DNA of 64,000 nt from Patescibacteria group bacterium (GCA_040388985.1 JAZKAU010000002.1:119642-183641); one strand, 5' to 3'; positions 1 to 10,399 are shown, counted from the first letter of the stretch. The notes: generated by a model not told the origin, from the sequence alone. A program made the numbers and translations.

Positions 1-429
1 TGGGGCGGGCTGGACTTGCGCTGCGGCGACTTGCATGACCGGTACTTCGACCGGCGTTGGCGCGCTTGCAGGCGGAGCTTTAGGAGCAGCTTGCGGCTCG
101 CGAAGCTCCTGCTCGCGAAGCCTCTTGAATACCTGCTCGTTCACGTCATTCGTGAGTCCCTGAACTGTGTCCGTACCGATTCCGGCATTTCGTAAGTCCT
201 GTACGAATTCGTCCGGAGTATCTACCCCAAGCAGCATGTATACGTAGGCGCGTTCAAAGGCGGCCGCTTGGTCGGCGTGGAGATTGTATTTCTGAGTCAG
301 CCGGAGTGATACTGCATCGCGTTCGGGACTCGTGAGGAAGTCTCGGACAGGCGCTGGGAGTGCGCCCACAAGGACACTAACTTTCTCCTCGAATGAAAGG
401 TCGTCGATGTTCGGTGAGTCGTCAGGCAT
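1..429 (-). CDS. hypothetical protein, partial (N-terminus in window, runs off the 5' edge); next gene downstream in the operon of 448..5632
   Basis: ATG (rc of cat at 427-429) lies 18 nt after the stop of the upstream gene; the frame stays open for 429 nt to the window edge; not in the ORF track because no stop is present. Confidence 0.35.
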   Translation of the reverse strand, partial: MPDDSPNIDDLSFEEKVSVLVGALPAPVRDFLTSPERDAVSLRLTQKYNLHADQAAAFERAYVYMLLGVDTPDEFVQDLRNAGIGTDTVQGLTNDVNEQVFKRLREQELREPQAAPKAPPASAPTPVEVPVMQVAAAQVQPAP

Positions 430-447
430 ACTGGGGATTATTGTACC

Positions 448-2988
448 TTAGTGGGCAGGCGCCGCATGATCTGCAGCATCGTGTGCTTCTTCGTGTGCTT
501 CGTGAAGTTCATGCTCTATGTGCTCGAGCGTGTGTCCAGTATCGTGACCGCTTTCCTTAAGATATTTTAGTATCTTATCGAGGCCTTTCTCGGTAGGGTC
601 TTTCTTGATCTCCTTACTTATCGCGGCGATTGCCTGCCTATTAGCCATAAACGTAGCATTTATAACCCTCTTGAAATGACGGTTATCTACGTTATTGAGA
701 GGAGCGGAAAAAGGACCGCCGAGATTTGCTGCATAGCGTTGCTGCTGCTGCTTCGCATCCATCTGTATACGACCACCTTCGCGAGCGCTCTTTTCTGCCG
801 CCCTAGCTGCAGCAAGCTTATTAGTCTCTTCCGTGAGCTTAGCCTCAGCCGCCGCTTCTTCTTTTTGGCGTTCTTCAAGTATCTTTTCTTGCGCTTCGAG
901 GCTCTTCTTAAGACCTGGAATACCAGGGTTGTTTGTAGCAAGCCTCCGGGCCTCCTCCACTTTCTGTTCCTCTGCCTCTCTGCTGGTAACAGCATCTTGA
1001 TGAGCCGAACTCGCCGCATTTGTCGCTTCCAGTTGCGTGGTGGTCTCTCCAGAGATCTTAGCGATGCGCGCTTCGTAATCCTTCTTGCCCTCCGTACCGC
1101 CCTTCAAGCTCTCTGCGTATTCGGTGCGCGCTTCTTTCGCCTTCTTTACGGAACCCGCGAAGCCACCCTTCTGCGCTCCGCCGAAGTCTATGCCGCCCAG
1201 AGCTTTGCCGCCGGCACCCTTGGCAGCGCCCTGGAACGCCTTAGTTCCGCGCAGGTCGAAGCTAGCCTTTGCCCCCTTGTCTCCGATGAGCGCGAGACGT
1301 CTGCCGGTCTCGGTCGCTCCAAGCCTTGAATTCCGTATGGCTTGCGAGAATGCGGAACCGCCGCGGCCGATGGTCTGCCGGGCACCCCAGGCACTAAGCC
1401 CGAGGGTCGCTCCACCCGTCATCTTGCCGGCCGTGCTTATGGCGAAGCTCGCGCCCGCTGCCCCGAATTTCTTCGCGGCAATGAGCGAGGCCATCATGAA
1501 TCCGGTAACCAGAACGAATATCATGATGATGCCCATGACCGAGGCACCTGGCTGAGTGATGGCAGCAGCGAGGCTCTGCCGGGTATCGGATCCCGCGAAG
1601 CCATCGGTTATCTTAAGGCTCACGAATATGAGCAGTATCAGTATGGGGGCGAAGAACGACTGGTGTAGAAGAGTATTCCACCACTGCTCCCCCATCTTCT
1701 TGAGCGGCGGCACGGCCATGGCAGCGAAGCCTATGGGCGCGAATATCATGAGGAAGGTAAGCGTTATGGCACGTATGGCGAGCATGATGGCAGTCGAGAA
1801 CAGGACTACGGCACCTATGGTCGCAAACAGAGCCATACCCACGAGCGCCGAAGCTTTTATATTCGGGTCGCTATTCTGACTCACCGCGTACATCGAGCTA
1901 AGGCCCGTGGCCTGCATGATATGCCCGGCGATACCGTAGTTCTCGGAACATTGCTCTGCTGTCTGTCCGGCCGTCCCCGATTCAGCGACGTTCCCGCTCG
2001 CTACTCCTGCACACGGGTCCGTATTCGCCTGGCTATAGAAGACGGCGGAGAGCACGTTCGAGCTATCGATGACCGCTTCAGCTGCGAAGAGGCTGAAGTT
2101 CATGAGAATGGCGAAGATGATAAGCCGCGGAAGCGCCTTCTTCGCGGTATAGGTATGCAGATCGAGAATGGTCGCAAGGCCGATGAATATGAATCCGAAG
2201 AGCAGGATCATGTTCCCGATGTCGCGCAGGATGCCCCAGGCGATGAGGAGGCCGGGCGAATTCCCCATGAGGTCCGAGAACTTAAAGACCGTCTTCACCA
2301 CCACCCAGTTGAGCAACGTGCCGGCGATGCCCAGCATGAAGTTCGCTATCTCAAGAATGAGGTAGGCAACAGCACTTATTGCTCGTGAAACGACATCCGA
2401 AGCGGTGCTGATAGCCTGATTCGCCAGCCTCTGACCTGAGCTGACTTCCTCAGCCGGAGCAGCCTCTACGCCAGCTGCGTTGTAGTGATGTATCTGTTGC
2501 GGCGCAGTGAAAAGACCTTGGCTGTAGTAAGTATCATAGCTGCCATCCCCGTGGGTCATTACACAGCTGTAGGCATTCTGGACAGGTGTAAAGGACAGAG
2601 ATACGACTCGGGCTGCCCTACACTTCACCGTGTCTCCCGCGGAAAAGATGGCACCGGCAAAATTTGGAACAGTACCTGCAGCTGTGGCCTTGAAGCCGCA
2701 GGTATATTTAAGTCCGACAAAGCCGAGTCCATTGCCAAAATTATTCGGAAGACAGCTTTCAGCAATATCATCCGGGATGTTGATGCTGGTATAGGTGGCC
2801 GGCTTGCTCCCGGTCCCGGTCCCGCTATCGGGGGTTATGTAATACAGGGCACAGTCCTTTTGTAGGCATGTAGGTGTGGATGCGGTCGATGTTCCTGCCG
2901 CATGCGCCACTGGACCCAAGAAGAAGATGCTTCCGAGCGCGAGAACGCCCAGATACAGGAGCGGAAGATTTTTTAGGGAAATCCGCAT
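448..2988 (-). CDS. large polytopic membrane protein with N-terminal signal peptide, Cys-rich extracytoplasmic domain, ~7 TM helices and a long Gly/Lys/Glu-rich C-terminal tail ending in a His-rich stretch; possibly TrbL/VirB6-like
   Basis: 856-aa ORF. The start is likely at internal ATG (MRISLKNLPLL), 9 nt after the upstream stop; hydrophobic signal followed by AHA; multiple long hydrophobic segments; coiled-coil-like EEQKVEEARRLA C-terminus. Family assignment is by architecture only. Confidence 0.55.
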   Translation of the reverse strand: MRISLKNLPLLYLGVLALGSIFFLGPVAHAAGTSTASTPTCLQKDCALYYITPDSGTGTGSKPATYTSINIPDDIAESCLPNNFGNGLGFVGLKYTCGFKATAAGTVPNFAGAIFSAGDTVKCRAARVVSLSFTPVQNAYSCVMTHGDGSYDTYYSQGLFTAPQQIHHYNAAGVEAAPAEEVSSGQRLANQAISTASDVVSRAISAVAYLILEIANFMLGIAGTLLNWVVVKTVFKFSDLMGNSPGLLIAWGILRDIGNMILLFGFIFIGLATILDLHTYTAKKALPRLIIFAILMNFSLFAAEAVIDSSNVLSAVFYSQANTDPCAGVASGNVAESGTAGQTAEQCSENYGIAGHIMQATGLSSMYAVSQNSDPNIKASALVGMALFATIGAVVLFSTAIMLAIRAITLTFLMIFAPIGFAAMAVPPLKKMGEQWWNTLLHQSFFAPILILLIFVSLKITDGFAGSDTRQSLAAAITQPGASVMGIIMIFVLVTGFMMASLIAAKKFGAAGASFAISTAGKMTGGATLGLSAWGARQTIGRGGSAFSQAIRNSRLGATETGRRLALIGDKGAKASFDLRGTKAFQGAAKGAGGKALGGIDFGGAQKGGFAGSVKKAKEARTEYAESLKGGTEGKKDYEARIAKISGETTTQLEATNAASSAHQDAVTSREAEEQKVEEARRLATNNPGIPGLKKSLEAQEKILEERQKEEAAAEAKLTEETNKLAAARAAEKSAREGGRIQMDAKQQQQRYAANLGGPFSAPLNNVDNRHFKRVINATFMANRQAIAAISKEIKKDPTEKGLDKILKYLKESGHDTGHTLEHIEHELHEAHEEAHDAADHAAPAH

Positions 2989-2996
2989 AGGAGTTC

Positions 2997-4598
2997 TTAT
3001 CCGCCGCTCGTCGCGCACGACTTCTGAAGGTCGACCATCTGGCCATAGAGACTGTCGCTCGAAGCGCTCGATTCGGAGGCAGCTTCCTGCTCATCAGCGT
3101 CGTTGGGGGAAGTTTTCAGGTACCCGTTATATTCGATAGTGATGGCGCTGATAGCGGTAGAGTTGTTTGCGCTCAGTGACGTCTTGGTCGCCTGTATCTC
3201 CGAACTGATCTTGTCGATGGACGCGAGCGCCTGCGTCGCCTTCGAGATTGCCTTTGACGCCCGGTCGCTCGCCGCCGCTATCTCGGGACGTACTCCGCAT
3301 TTCTGTTGCGCCGCTTGCGTTGCGCTCTGTATCTTCTCCCAATCCGCCTCGTACACGACGATGTTCTGTCTATCCAGCGTCAGCTGCTGCAAGATGCCGT
3401 CAGAAAGGCTCGTGTTGAGCGTAGTGTAGTCGCTGCCGTTGGTTGCTTGGCTCAGGTACGATGCTCCTCCCCCTGCCGACGGCTGGGACACGCCTGACAA
3501 GCCGCCGCTTCCAAGTACTTGGTTCACGAGCTGGCCCACAAGCGCGCCGACGATCTCGTTGATGGAGTCGGCTAGTTCGAGCTGACGGATACCCGAGCCA
3601 AGCGCACCTTCGAGCTGACTCTCGATGACGGATCCCGGCGTCTTGATCGAGTTGAACGGACACTTCTCGGTCAGCTTTAGCGAGATCGCGTCCGTCTTCG
3701 AGTTTCCGGTACTTGCCGGACAATCCCCTCTCCACGGCAGGAACCCCTTACCCCAACCGATCTCGTCCTTGCGTTGCTGCGCCGCCTGATCTATCTGCGC
3801 CCAGAGCTGATTGCTCGCGAGCTTATAGGCGCCGAACGGGTTGTTCGCCGGGTTCTGAGTCGCGGAGAAGAACGCGTTGAAACCGCCCTTAGAGAAGTCT
3901 CCTCCTTGCACGAAGGCCTTAGGATCCTGACTCTGCTGACCGAGCGTATAGTTGAGTCCCCAGCTCCCGGTCGTGCGATAGTATTCTGCTCTCAGCTGTT
4001 GGTTTATCTGGTCCTGGAACGGGGACGTGAGATTAAAGCCGGTCTGTTTCTGCACTTCCGTATTCAAGTGAGTGAAGAAATCGTCTGCGACCGCGTCCCC
4101 AAGATTTTGCAGGTTAGCCTTCAGATCGCTCACGAAGGCAGGAGAGCCTTGGAAGCCGGAATTTATCCAGTTGACGGTGCTACGCGTTATCGATTGAACG
4201 GCAACCTTGGCAACGCTCCAAGCTATCGCATCGAGCGAGCATTTTATAGTATTTTGATATGAGGTATTGGCTGCAACGGTAGTATTGGCGGCTAGGTTCG
4301 CGGTTTCAATGAGGCCTAGCGCCGCATCATGCACAGGGAAGCCGCTGGCTACTCCCGCAGCGTCTACTGCTGTTCCGCCTGCCGCTCCTCCCACCGCAGC
4401 TCCGCCTCCAATCAATGCAGATAAACCGCAAACCGCAGCTGACCCGGCAGCTTGGGCTGCTGAGTCACTTATCACGTTCCCTCCTCCCCCTGTCTGCGCA
4501 TGCGCCGTAAGCGGCTGGTACGCGAATATCGAAGAAATCAAAAGAGTCGCCGCTAAGAACGCACCCAGCTGATGTCGTATATGCGTAGTCATGGTCAT
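2997..4598 (-). CDS. secreted Gly/Ala/Ser/Asn/Gln-rich protein (cleavable signal peptide ...TAHA|QT), unknown function
   Basis: 533-aa ORF; overlaps the upstream gene by 4 nt (operon); N-terminal signal peptide; low-complexity G/A-rich N-terminal region. Confidence 0.55.
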   Translation of the reverse strand: MTMTTHIRHQLGAFLAATLLISSIFAYQPLTAHAQTGGGGNVISDSAAQAAGSAAVCGLSALIGGGAAVGGAAGGTAVDAAGVASGFPVHDAALGLIETANLAANTTVAANTSYQNTIKCSLDAIAWSVAKVAVQSITRSTVNWINSGFQGSPAFVSDLKANLQNLGDAVADDFFTHLNTEVQKQTGFNLTSPFQDQINQQLRAEYYRTTGSWGLNYTLGQQSQDPKAFVQGGDFSKGGFNAFFSATQNPANNPFGAYKLASNQLWAQIDQAAQQRKDEIGWGKGFLPWRGDCPASTGNSKTDAISLKLTEKCPFNSIKTPGSVIESQLEGALGSGIRQLELADSINEIVGALVGQLVNQVLGSGGLSGVSQPSAGGGASYLSQATNGSDYTTLNTSLSDGILQQLTLDRQNIVVYEADWEKIQSATQAAQQKCGVRPEIAAASDRASKAISKATQALASIDKISSEIQATKTSLSANNSTAISAITIEYNGYLKTSPNDADEQEAASESSASSDSLYGQMVDLQKSCATSGG

Positions 4599-5599
4599 GA
4601 GTTCTGCAGGCGTGCCAGTCCGATGAGTAGGTACCCAGGCTCGCCTTCCTGCGGTTCGCCCCCTACCAGGATCACGTTTGCGAGAGAGCTTAGGGCTGCA
4701 GAGAATGATCCTGCCGAACCGGTATAGGTCGATAGTGCGCCCATAGTCGCAAGCGGATCTTTCTCATAGTCGCTGACTATCCTCGTCGCTTTCGCGAGTT
4801 CATCCAAAGAACGTACAAGTTTCACGTGTGAATCTACGAGCGATGGCGGTACCTGCGCGTCCCGCAGATCCTGCGCCATGGCCGCATATGCGTTCGATAC
4901 CTTCACGAGTTTCGAAGCCGCGCTCTTGTCATTTTCTTCGATGACCTTCCCTATGAGTAATAACGGATTTCCTCCGTCATCTTTAATATCGTGCGCTCCC
5001 AGAGTACTTTCTACGGTAGCTGCATATTGCAAAACGGAAGTGGAAGTATTGGTATGCACCGAAACCGAAGCATAGGTCGAGGACAGTGCTTCCCCGGCTT
5101 TGGCGCTGAACTCGCCTAGTAGTTTTGTGACAAGCGCTTGTTGCGCTTCCTCAGTCATTGGCTGCCCATTGCTTGCCGCGACATATTCCTTGAGGAATTC
5201 TTTGGAGAATTCGTCCGTGATGCTGCCTGGAGCAGCTGCAGTAACAGGAATATCGGCGTCCGTGAGAGTAGTCGTTCCCTGCTGGTCTGACGGAAGCTGT
5301 GAGGCGAGGGCATTCGGAGTCAGCAAGCCTCTACGGGCTGCGTCTCCGTCGGATATGCCGTCGCCGTCAGTATCTGCCTTGTTAGGATCGGTTCCATAGA
5401 GGGCCTCCTGCCAGTCAGGAAGACCGTCCCCGTCTGTGTCTTTCGAGGCATACGCCTTCAAAAGTGCATCGGTCGACTCAGCACTCGCGGTCTTGCTTGA
5501 AAGGAAGGAAGGACCTGACAGGACATAGGAGGCCGCAACGAATAAGAGCGCCAATAGAGATGCACCACCAATGCGAAGCGTACGTTCAGAAAGTCTCAT
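4595..5599 (-). CDS. membrane-anchored protein with thrombospondin type-3-like calcium-binding repeats (DTDGDGLPD / DTDGDGISDGD)
   Basis: 345-aa ORF whose M1 is a TTG. The internal ATG (MRLSERTL...) gives an N-terminal hydrophobic anchor; repeated DxDGDG motifs. Confidence 0.5.
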   Translation of the reverse strand: MRLSERTLRIGGASLLALLFVAASYVLSGPSFLSSKTASAESTDALLKAYASKDTDGDGLPDWQEALYGTDPNKADTDGDGISDGDAARRGLLTPNALASQLPSDQQGTTTLTDADIPVTAAAPGSITDEFSKEFLKEYVAASNGQPMTEEAQQALVTKLLGEFSAKAGEALSSTYASVSVHTNTSTSVLQYAATVESTLGAHDIKDDGGNPLLLIGKVIEENDKSAASKLVKVSNAYAAMAQDLRDAQVPPSLVDSHVKLVRSLDELAKATRIVSDYEKDPLATMGALSTYTGSAGSFSAALSSLANVILVGGEPQEGEPGYLLIGLARLQNS

Positions 5600-5665
5600 A
5601 AAAGCTAAAGAAATAGTAGCATGAACGCACAATTAAGACGGAATACCCTATATAGGATATGTGCA

Positions 5666-6460
5666 TTACTTTCTGAGCTTTCGAGCCGTATGTGCGAGCC
5701 TCTTCCAGGACGCCAAATCCACATCCTCCGATCGCGCGTCAGGCATCACCCCTGCCTCTTGGAGGAGCGTTTTCGCTGCCTCGCCAGATACGAGCGCTTC
5801 GAGATTCTTCGCTAAGCGCTTGCGCTTATGCGCGAAGCCCGCCTTAAGCACCTCGAAGAAGGCTTCTTCGTCTGCAAGGCTTTCAAAGCAGTCGCCACGA
5901 ATGTCTTGTATGGAGAGTACTGCAGAGTCGACGTTCGGCGCGGGGCGGAAGGCTCCGCGCGGAACTGTAAAGGCGTATGTGGGCGTACCGTACGCCTTTA
6001 CCGAAAGCGAGAGGATGCTCTCTTTCCCGCGCGACCGCGCGACACGCTCGGCAACCTCCTTCTGTACCAGGACCGTCATCGAATACGGTTTGTGAGGAGC
6101 GGTGAGGAACATGCGCATGATCTCCCCGGTTATGTAGTACGGGATATTCGCGACAAGGCCATAGGAGCCTGTAATACGAGCGGGATCGAAGGTACGGATG
6201 TCCGCATGGACAAGCTCAAGCCTTCCCTTTTCGATCTCATCCGCGAATGTTTCGGCAAGCTCGGGGATCAGTTGATCGTCCGCTTCGACCGCGATTACTC
6301 GTGCCGCCTTCGCCAGTAGCGCACGGGTGAGCATACCGGTCCCGGGACCTATCTCGAGCACCGTCGCGTTCTCTGGAAGATTCGCAACCATAACGATGCG
6401 CTCCGCGATCCTCGGGTGCATGAGAAAGTTCTGTCCGAGTGATTTCTTAGGATGTCCCAT
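5666..6460 (-). CDS. rsmA: 16S rRNA (adenine1518/1519-N6)-dimethyltransferase RsmA/KsgA
   Basis: N-terminal KKSLGQNFL motif; SAM-binding LEIGPGTG; 264 aa. Confidence 0.92.
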   Translation of the reverse strand: MGHPKKSLGQNFLMHPRIAERIVMVANLPENATVLEIGPGTGMLTRALLAKAARVIAVEADDQLIPELAETFADEIEKGRLELVHADIRTFDPARITGSYGLVANIPYYITGEIMRMFLTAPHKPYSMTVLVQKEVAERVARSRGKESILSLSVKAYGTPTYAFTVPRGAFRPAPNVDSAVLSIQDIRGDCFESLADEEAFFEVLKAGFAHKRKRLAKNLEALVSGEAAKTLLQEAGVMPDARSEDVDLASWKRLAHTARKLRK

Positions 6461-6589
6461 GTCTCTTGAGTGTGCTCAAAAATCCCTCAGATGCAAGGCG
6501 CGAGAAGTTCGACGAATGAGCCGTACTCCGCCGTACGGTGAAGAGGAGAACTGAGCGGCAACGCAGCAGATGAGGATTTTGGAGTATAC

Positions 6590-8566
6590 TCACGCCTCGA
6601 TGATGTTCTCCGCGCCGTATTCATCCGCTTCGTCGTATTCGATAAGGAGCGGATCGATGTCTCGCAGGAACGATGACGGTTCGGAAAGGTAGTCCGTACC
6701 GTAAATGCGACGGATGCGCGCGAGCGTAAGGATAAGTCGCTTCTTGGCGCGCGTCACCGCGACATAGAAGAGACGGCGTTCTTCTTCCTCGTCCCGATTC
6801 TCGTCCGAAGCATTGCCCATGCCTTCGTGCGGGAAGAGACCTTCCTCAAGTCCGGTCACGAACACCGTATCGAACTCCAGCCCCTTAGCCGCATGCACGG
6901 TCATGAGCGTCACGCCCTTCTTCTTCTCACCGCTTTCGGTCGGGCGATCCATCTCGTCCTGGTCTCCGGCGAGCGCTGCTTCTGCAAGGAATGCGCTCAG
7001 GCCTTCGAGTCCCGGCTGTCCGTCATGCCGGCTCGCGAGCGTACCGAGCTCTTTCGCGTTCTCGAGCCGTTCCTGTCCGTCCTCGCCTTCCTTTAGGAGT
7101 GCACTTTCAAGTCCGCTGCGCTCGATCACGAGCTTCACGAACTCGGAAGGCACGAGCGTCTGCGCCGCTTCCTGCAGTCCTCCCAAAAGCGCCTCAAAGC
7201 TATCTATCTTGGCCCTGTCGCTCGCGCGAAGCTCGTCCCGTTTGCCGGCCAGGAGCTTCCCGAGCGTCACCTTCCCGATGCCGCGCGGCGGCGACTGGAC
7301 CGCGCGCATGCGATCAACTTCCCGGCTCGGATCAAGCGCGAGCCGTATCCACGCCAGTACGTCTTTCACCTCCTTCCGATCGAAGAAGCGGGTGCCGAGG
7401 AGTCGATACGGAATGCCCGCGTGTAGGAACGCTTCCTCAAGCGCACGCGATTGGAAATTCGTTCGGAAAAGCACCGCGATCTCTTCGGCTCTCGTACCTC
7501 TGTCGAGCGCACGCGCCGCTTCGCGTGCTACCCACCGCGCTTCCGCCTCCGCATTTGTCGCCGGATGTATCTTGATCCGTTCGCCGTCCGGGTTATCGGT
7601 GACCGCATGCTTGTCCTTGCGATTGCGATTCTTCTCGATTATTTCGTTTGCTGCGCTCACGATGGTCTGCGTGGAACGGTAATTATGTTCGAGCACGATG
7701 TGCTTCGCGTTCTCGTACGTCTCTTCGAACTTTAGGAGGTTGTCGATAGTCGCTCCGCGCCAGGTATATATCGACTGATCGATATCGCCCACGACGAAGA
7801 GGTTACGCCTGTCTCCGGCGATAAGGTGCGCGAGCTTCCCCTGGAGTTCATTCGTGTCTTGGAACTCGTCGACATGCAGATGGCTGAAGCGCTCCTGCAC
7901 GCGAGCGCGCACCTCTTCGTGCTCCTGGAGGAGCCGCACGGGCAGCACGATGAGGTCGTCGAAGTCGAGCGACTTCTCGCGCTTCAAGGTCTCCTCATAG
8001 CGTATCCACGCTTCAGCGACGATGCGCGAACGGAAACTCTCTCGTCCGTGCTTCTCGCGGAACTGCTGGAGCGTCTGCCCTTCCCCTTTGGCCCTCGAGA
8101 TGCGGCCGAGTATCGCGCTCGGCGGCACTTCCTTCGGATCGACGTCGAGCGCCTTGAGCGCTTCGCGTATCGCGCTCTTCGAGTCGTCGCGATCGTAGAT
8201 AGTGAAGTGACGCGGAATGTCCATCACGCTGCCGTAGGTCTGCAGAAGTTCCCGGCCCAGCCCATGGAACGTAGCCACGAACGGAAGACCGTATGCGCCC
8301 GGCCTGCGGTCGCGTCCTGATTCGACCTTGAGCAATATCTGGAGACGTTCGCGCATCTCGCGCGCTGCCTTGTTCGTGAAGGTCACGGCGAGGATGCTCC
8401 CTGCAGGTATTCCCTGCCGTATGAGGTGATAGATGCGGGTGGTAAGCACCGAGGTCTTTCCTGACCCCGCTCCTGCGAGGACGGACACTGGTCCGTCGAC
8501 GGCGAGTACCGCTTCCTTCTGAGCCGGATTAAGGTGCGAAATATACTCAGGAGGAGATGAGGACAT
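6590..8566 (-). CDS. pcrA: ATP-dependent DNA helicase PcrA/UvrD family
   Basis: LNPAQKEAV...AGAGSGKTSVLTTR Walker A and UvrD motifs. The long ORF begins at 8755, but the helicase N-terminus aligns to the internal ATG at 8566 (MSSSPPEYISHLNPAQ). Confidence 0.9.
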   Translation of the reverse strand: MSSSPPEYISHLNPAQKEAVLAVDGPVSVLAGAGSGKTSVLTTRIYHLIRQGIPAGSILAVTFTNKAAREMRERLQILLKVESGRDRRPGAYGLPFVATFHGLGRELLQTYGSVMDIPRHFTIYDRDDSKSAIREALKALDVDPKEVPPSAILGRISRAKGEGQTLQQFREKHGRESFRSRIVAEAWIRYEETLKREKSLDFDDLIVLPVRLLQEHEEVRARVQERFSHLHVDEFQDTNELQGKLAHLIAGDRRNLFVVGDIDQSIYTWRGATIDNLLKFEETYENAKHIVLEHNYRSTQTIVSAANEIIEKNRNRKDKHAVTDNPDGERIKIHPATNAEAEARWVAREAARALDRGTRAEEIAVLFRTNFQSRALEEAFLHAGIPYRLLGTRFFDRKEVKDVLAWIRLALDPSREVDRMRAVQSPPRGIGKVTLGKLLAGKRDELRASDRAKIDSFEALLGGLQEAAQTLVPSEFVKLVIERSGLESALLKEGEDGQERLENAKELGTLASRHDGQPGLEGLSAFLAEAALAGDQDEMDRPTESGEKKKGVTLMTVHAAKGLEFDTVFVTGLEEGLFPHEGMGNASDENRDEEEERRLFYVAVTRAKKRLILTLARIRRIYGTDYLSEPSSFLRDIDPLLIEYDEADEYGAENIIEA

Positions 8567-8703
8567 ATGCTGACTATACAAGAGCGTCTGAGGTATTGGA
8601 ACGTGCGCGGCGCACGAGCCAGCACGCGAGCGCACTTGCGAATGTATAAAAGTCGAACTCCGAGAAACGATCACGTCCCTCGGAGCCCAATCCCTGATGC
8701 TGG

Positions 8704-9078
8704 CTAACTCCAGTCGCCCTCGACGTCCCGGCACGTGTGCCAGGCGAAACCGCACACCAGCAGATGCCAGCCTAGGAACACAGCGTCGAACGCCAGGGCG
8801 ACCGAATCATGGCGCGGATCGAGGGACGCAATGGTGACGAAGGTGGAAAGCGTGAATCCCAGCAGTCCGAGCCACGCGTGTTCACCGATCTCGTCATGCG
8901 TGCCGATTTGGCGAAGCCGGTGGCTTAGATAGAGGGACGGCACGAAGAGAACGAGCGCCGACCCGATAAGATACAGGGTCACGGCAGTTCTCCCAGTTGT
9001 TTTGCCATTATATTCATACAACGAATATGGACAGTCAGTCAATAATCGGGTCTTCATACGTTCTCCACACTTCATCAA
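8704..9078 (-). CDS. small hypothetical membrane protein
   Basis: 124-aa ORF with two hydrophobic helices; the start is uncertain. Confidence 0.3.
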   Translation of the reverse strand: MMKCGERMKTRLLTDCPYSLYEYNGKTTGRTAVTLYLIGSALVLFVPSLYLSHRLRQIGTHDEIGEHAWLGLLGFTLSTFVTIASLDPRHDSVALAFDAVFLGWHLLVCGFAWHTCRDVEGDWS

Positions 9079-9239
9079 TTGTCAAGAATTGACCCGCATC
9101 CTGGCCACGCTATACTTGCCAGGTTGATTGATACGACCGTACTCAAGAAATGGCCTAGGTAAGCCATTTTTGTATTCTGAAGATTGTCTGAAGAACCCTC
9201 ACCCTGTTTATTTTAAAGACCCCGAATCCTTCCCGCCAC

Positions 9240-10382
9240 ATGCCTTCGGGCACACGCAGGAACGCATATAAGGCTCTAGCGGTTGCCGGCTCATCGGCGC
9301 TTCTCCTGGGTACGATTTCGCTCCTCTCTCCCTCGACGCTCGGGGCATTTTTTCCGTTCGCTATCACGCACGCAGCTGATGGCGATACTCCGCTCCTCCA
9401 TGACCCGTCTCTCAACCTGCTCGAGGCTGCAATAAATTCTGATCCTAATCCGACCAAGGGCGACACGCTCCTTTCCCTCTCCGAAGGTTCGGCACTCATG
9501 AATACCTCAGGCCCTGACGGAACCATTCCTGCGGGTACGGCAGCCGAGAATCCTTCCGTAGGAGCCATTTCCGTATATACCGTCAAGAACGGCGACTCTA
9601 TCTCGGGCATCGCTGATCACTTCGGCGTTTCCGTGAACACCATCCTCTGGGCGAACGACCTCACTACCAAGAGCACCATCAAGCCTGGCATGTCGCTCGT
9701 GATCCTGCCGGTCTCGGGCACTCGTCATACGGTAGCCGAAGGAGAAACCCTTTCATCGATTGCCACGAAATTTCATGCCTCTACAAGCGAGATCGCAACT
9801 TTCAACGGTCTTGATACCGATGCGACCGTCGTCGTAGGTTCGACCCTGATCATTCCAGGAGGTGAAGCGGCGAATACTACTGCTCCTGCGCCTGCCAAGA
9901 AGAGCAGTGCAGCATCAAAGCCCGCTGCGACATCTGCGAAGAAGACGACAAGCAAGAGCACGACGAAGACTGGCAAGGACATCGGGGCAGCGTCCGCCGG
10001 TAGCGGCTACTACGAGAATCCTGTTCCTGGCGCGATCCTCTACCAGGGAATACACGGCAATAACGGCGTCGACCTTTCCGCACCGAGCGGCACACCGATA
10101 CATGCAGCAGCAGATGGCACCGTCATCATCTCGAAGGCCGACGGCGGATGGAATGGCGGTTATGGCTCCTATGTCGTCGTAAGCCATGCCAACGGCACGC
10201 AGACTCTGTATGCCCACATGAGCAAGGACATCGCGACCGTAGGCGAGACCGTCTCGAAGGGCGAACTTCTGGGCTACGTAGGCGAGACCGGCGAGGCTAC
10301 CGGCAATCACCTCCACTTCGAGGTCCGCGGCGCGAAGAATCCGTTCGGCTACTCGTGCACGCTGATGAAGAAGTGCTACTAG
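9240..10382 (+). CDS. LysM-domain M23 family peptidase (peptidoglycan hydrolase)
   Basis: N-terminal anchor, two LysM repeats (NGDSISGIADHFGVSVNTILWAN; GETLSSIATKFHASTSEIATFNGL), Ala/Ser/Lys-rich linker, M23 motifs (HxxxD...HLHFEVR). Confidence 0.85.
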   Translation: MPSGTRRNAYKALAVAGSSALLLGTISLLSPSTLGAFFPFAITHAADGDTPLLHDPSLNLLEAAINSDPNPTKGDTLLSLSEGSALMNTSGPDGTIPAGTAAENPSVGAISVYTVKNGDSISGIADHFGVSVNTILWANDLTTKSTIKPGMSLVILPVSGTRHTVAEGETLSSIATKFHASTSEIATFNGLDTDATVVVGSTLIIPGGEAANTTAPAPAKKSSAASKPAATSAKKTTSKSTTKTGKDIGAASAGSGYYENPVPGAILYQGIHGNNGVDLSAPSGTPIHAAADGTVIISKADGGWNGGYGSYVVVSHANGTQTLYAHMSKDIATVGETVSKGELLGYVGETGEATGNHLHFEVRGAKNPFGYSCTLMKKCY

Positions 10383-10399
10383 AGGTTCTCGAGGTTCTT

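Noticed and set aside
676-2865. Multiple plus-strand ORFs (676..1329, 1085..1555, 1921..2388, 2485..2865) inside the 448..3018 region
   Set aside because: They are antisense to a long minus-strand gene that has coherent signal-peptide and TM architecture. High GC generates long spurious antisense frames, and their products are low-complexity Arg/Ser/Pro-rich.
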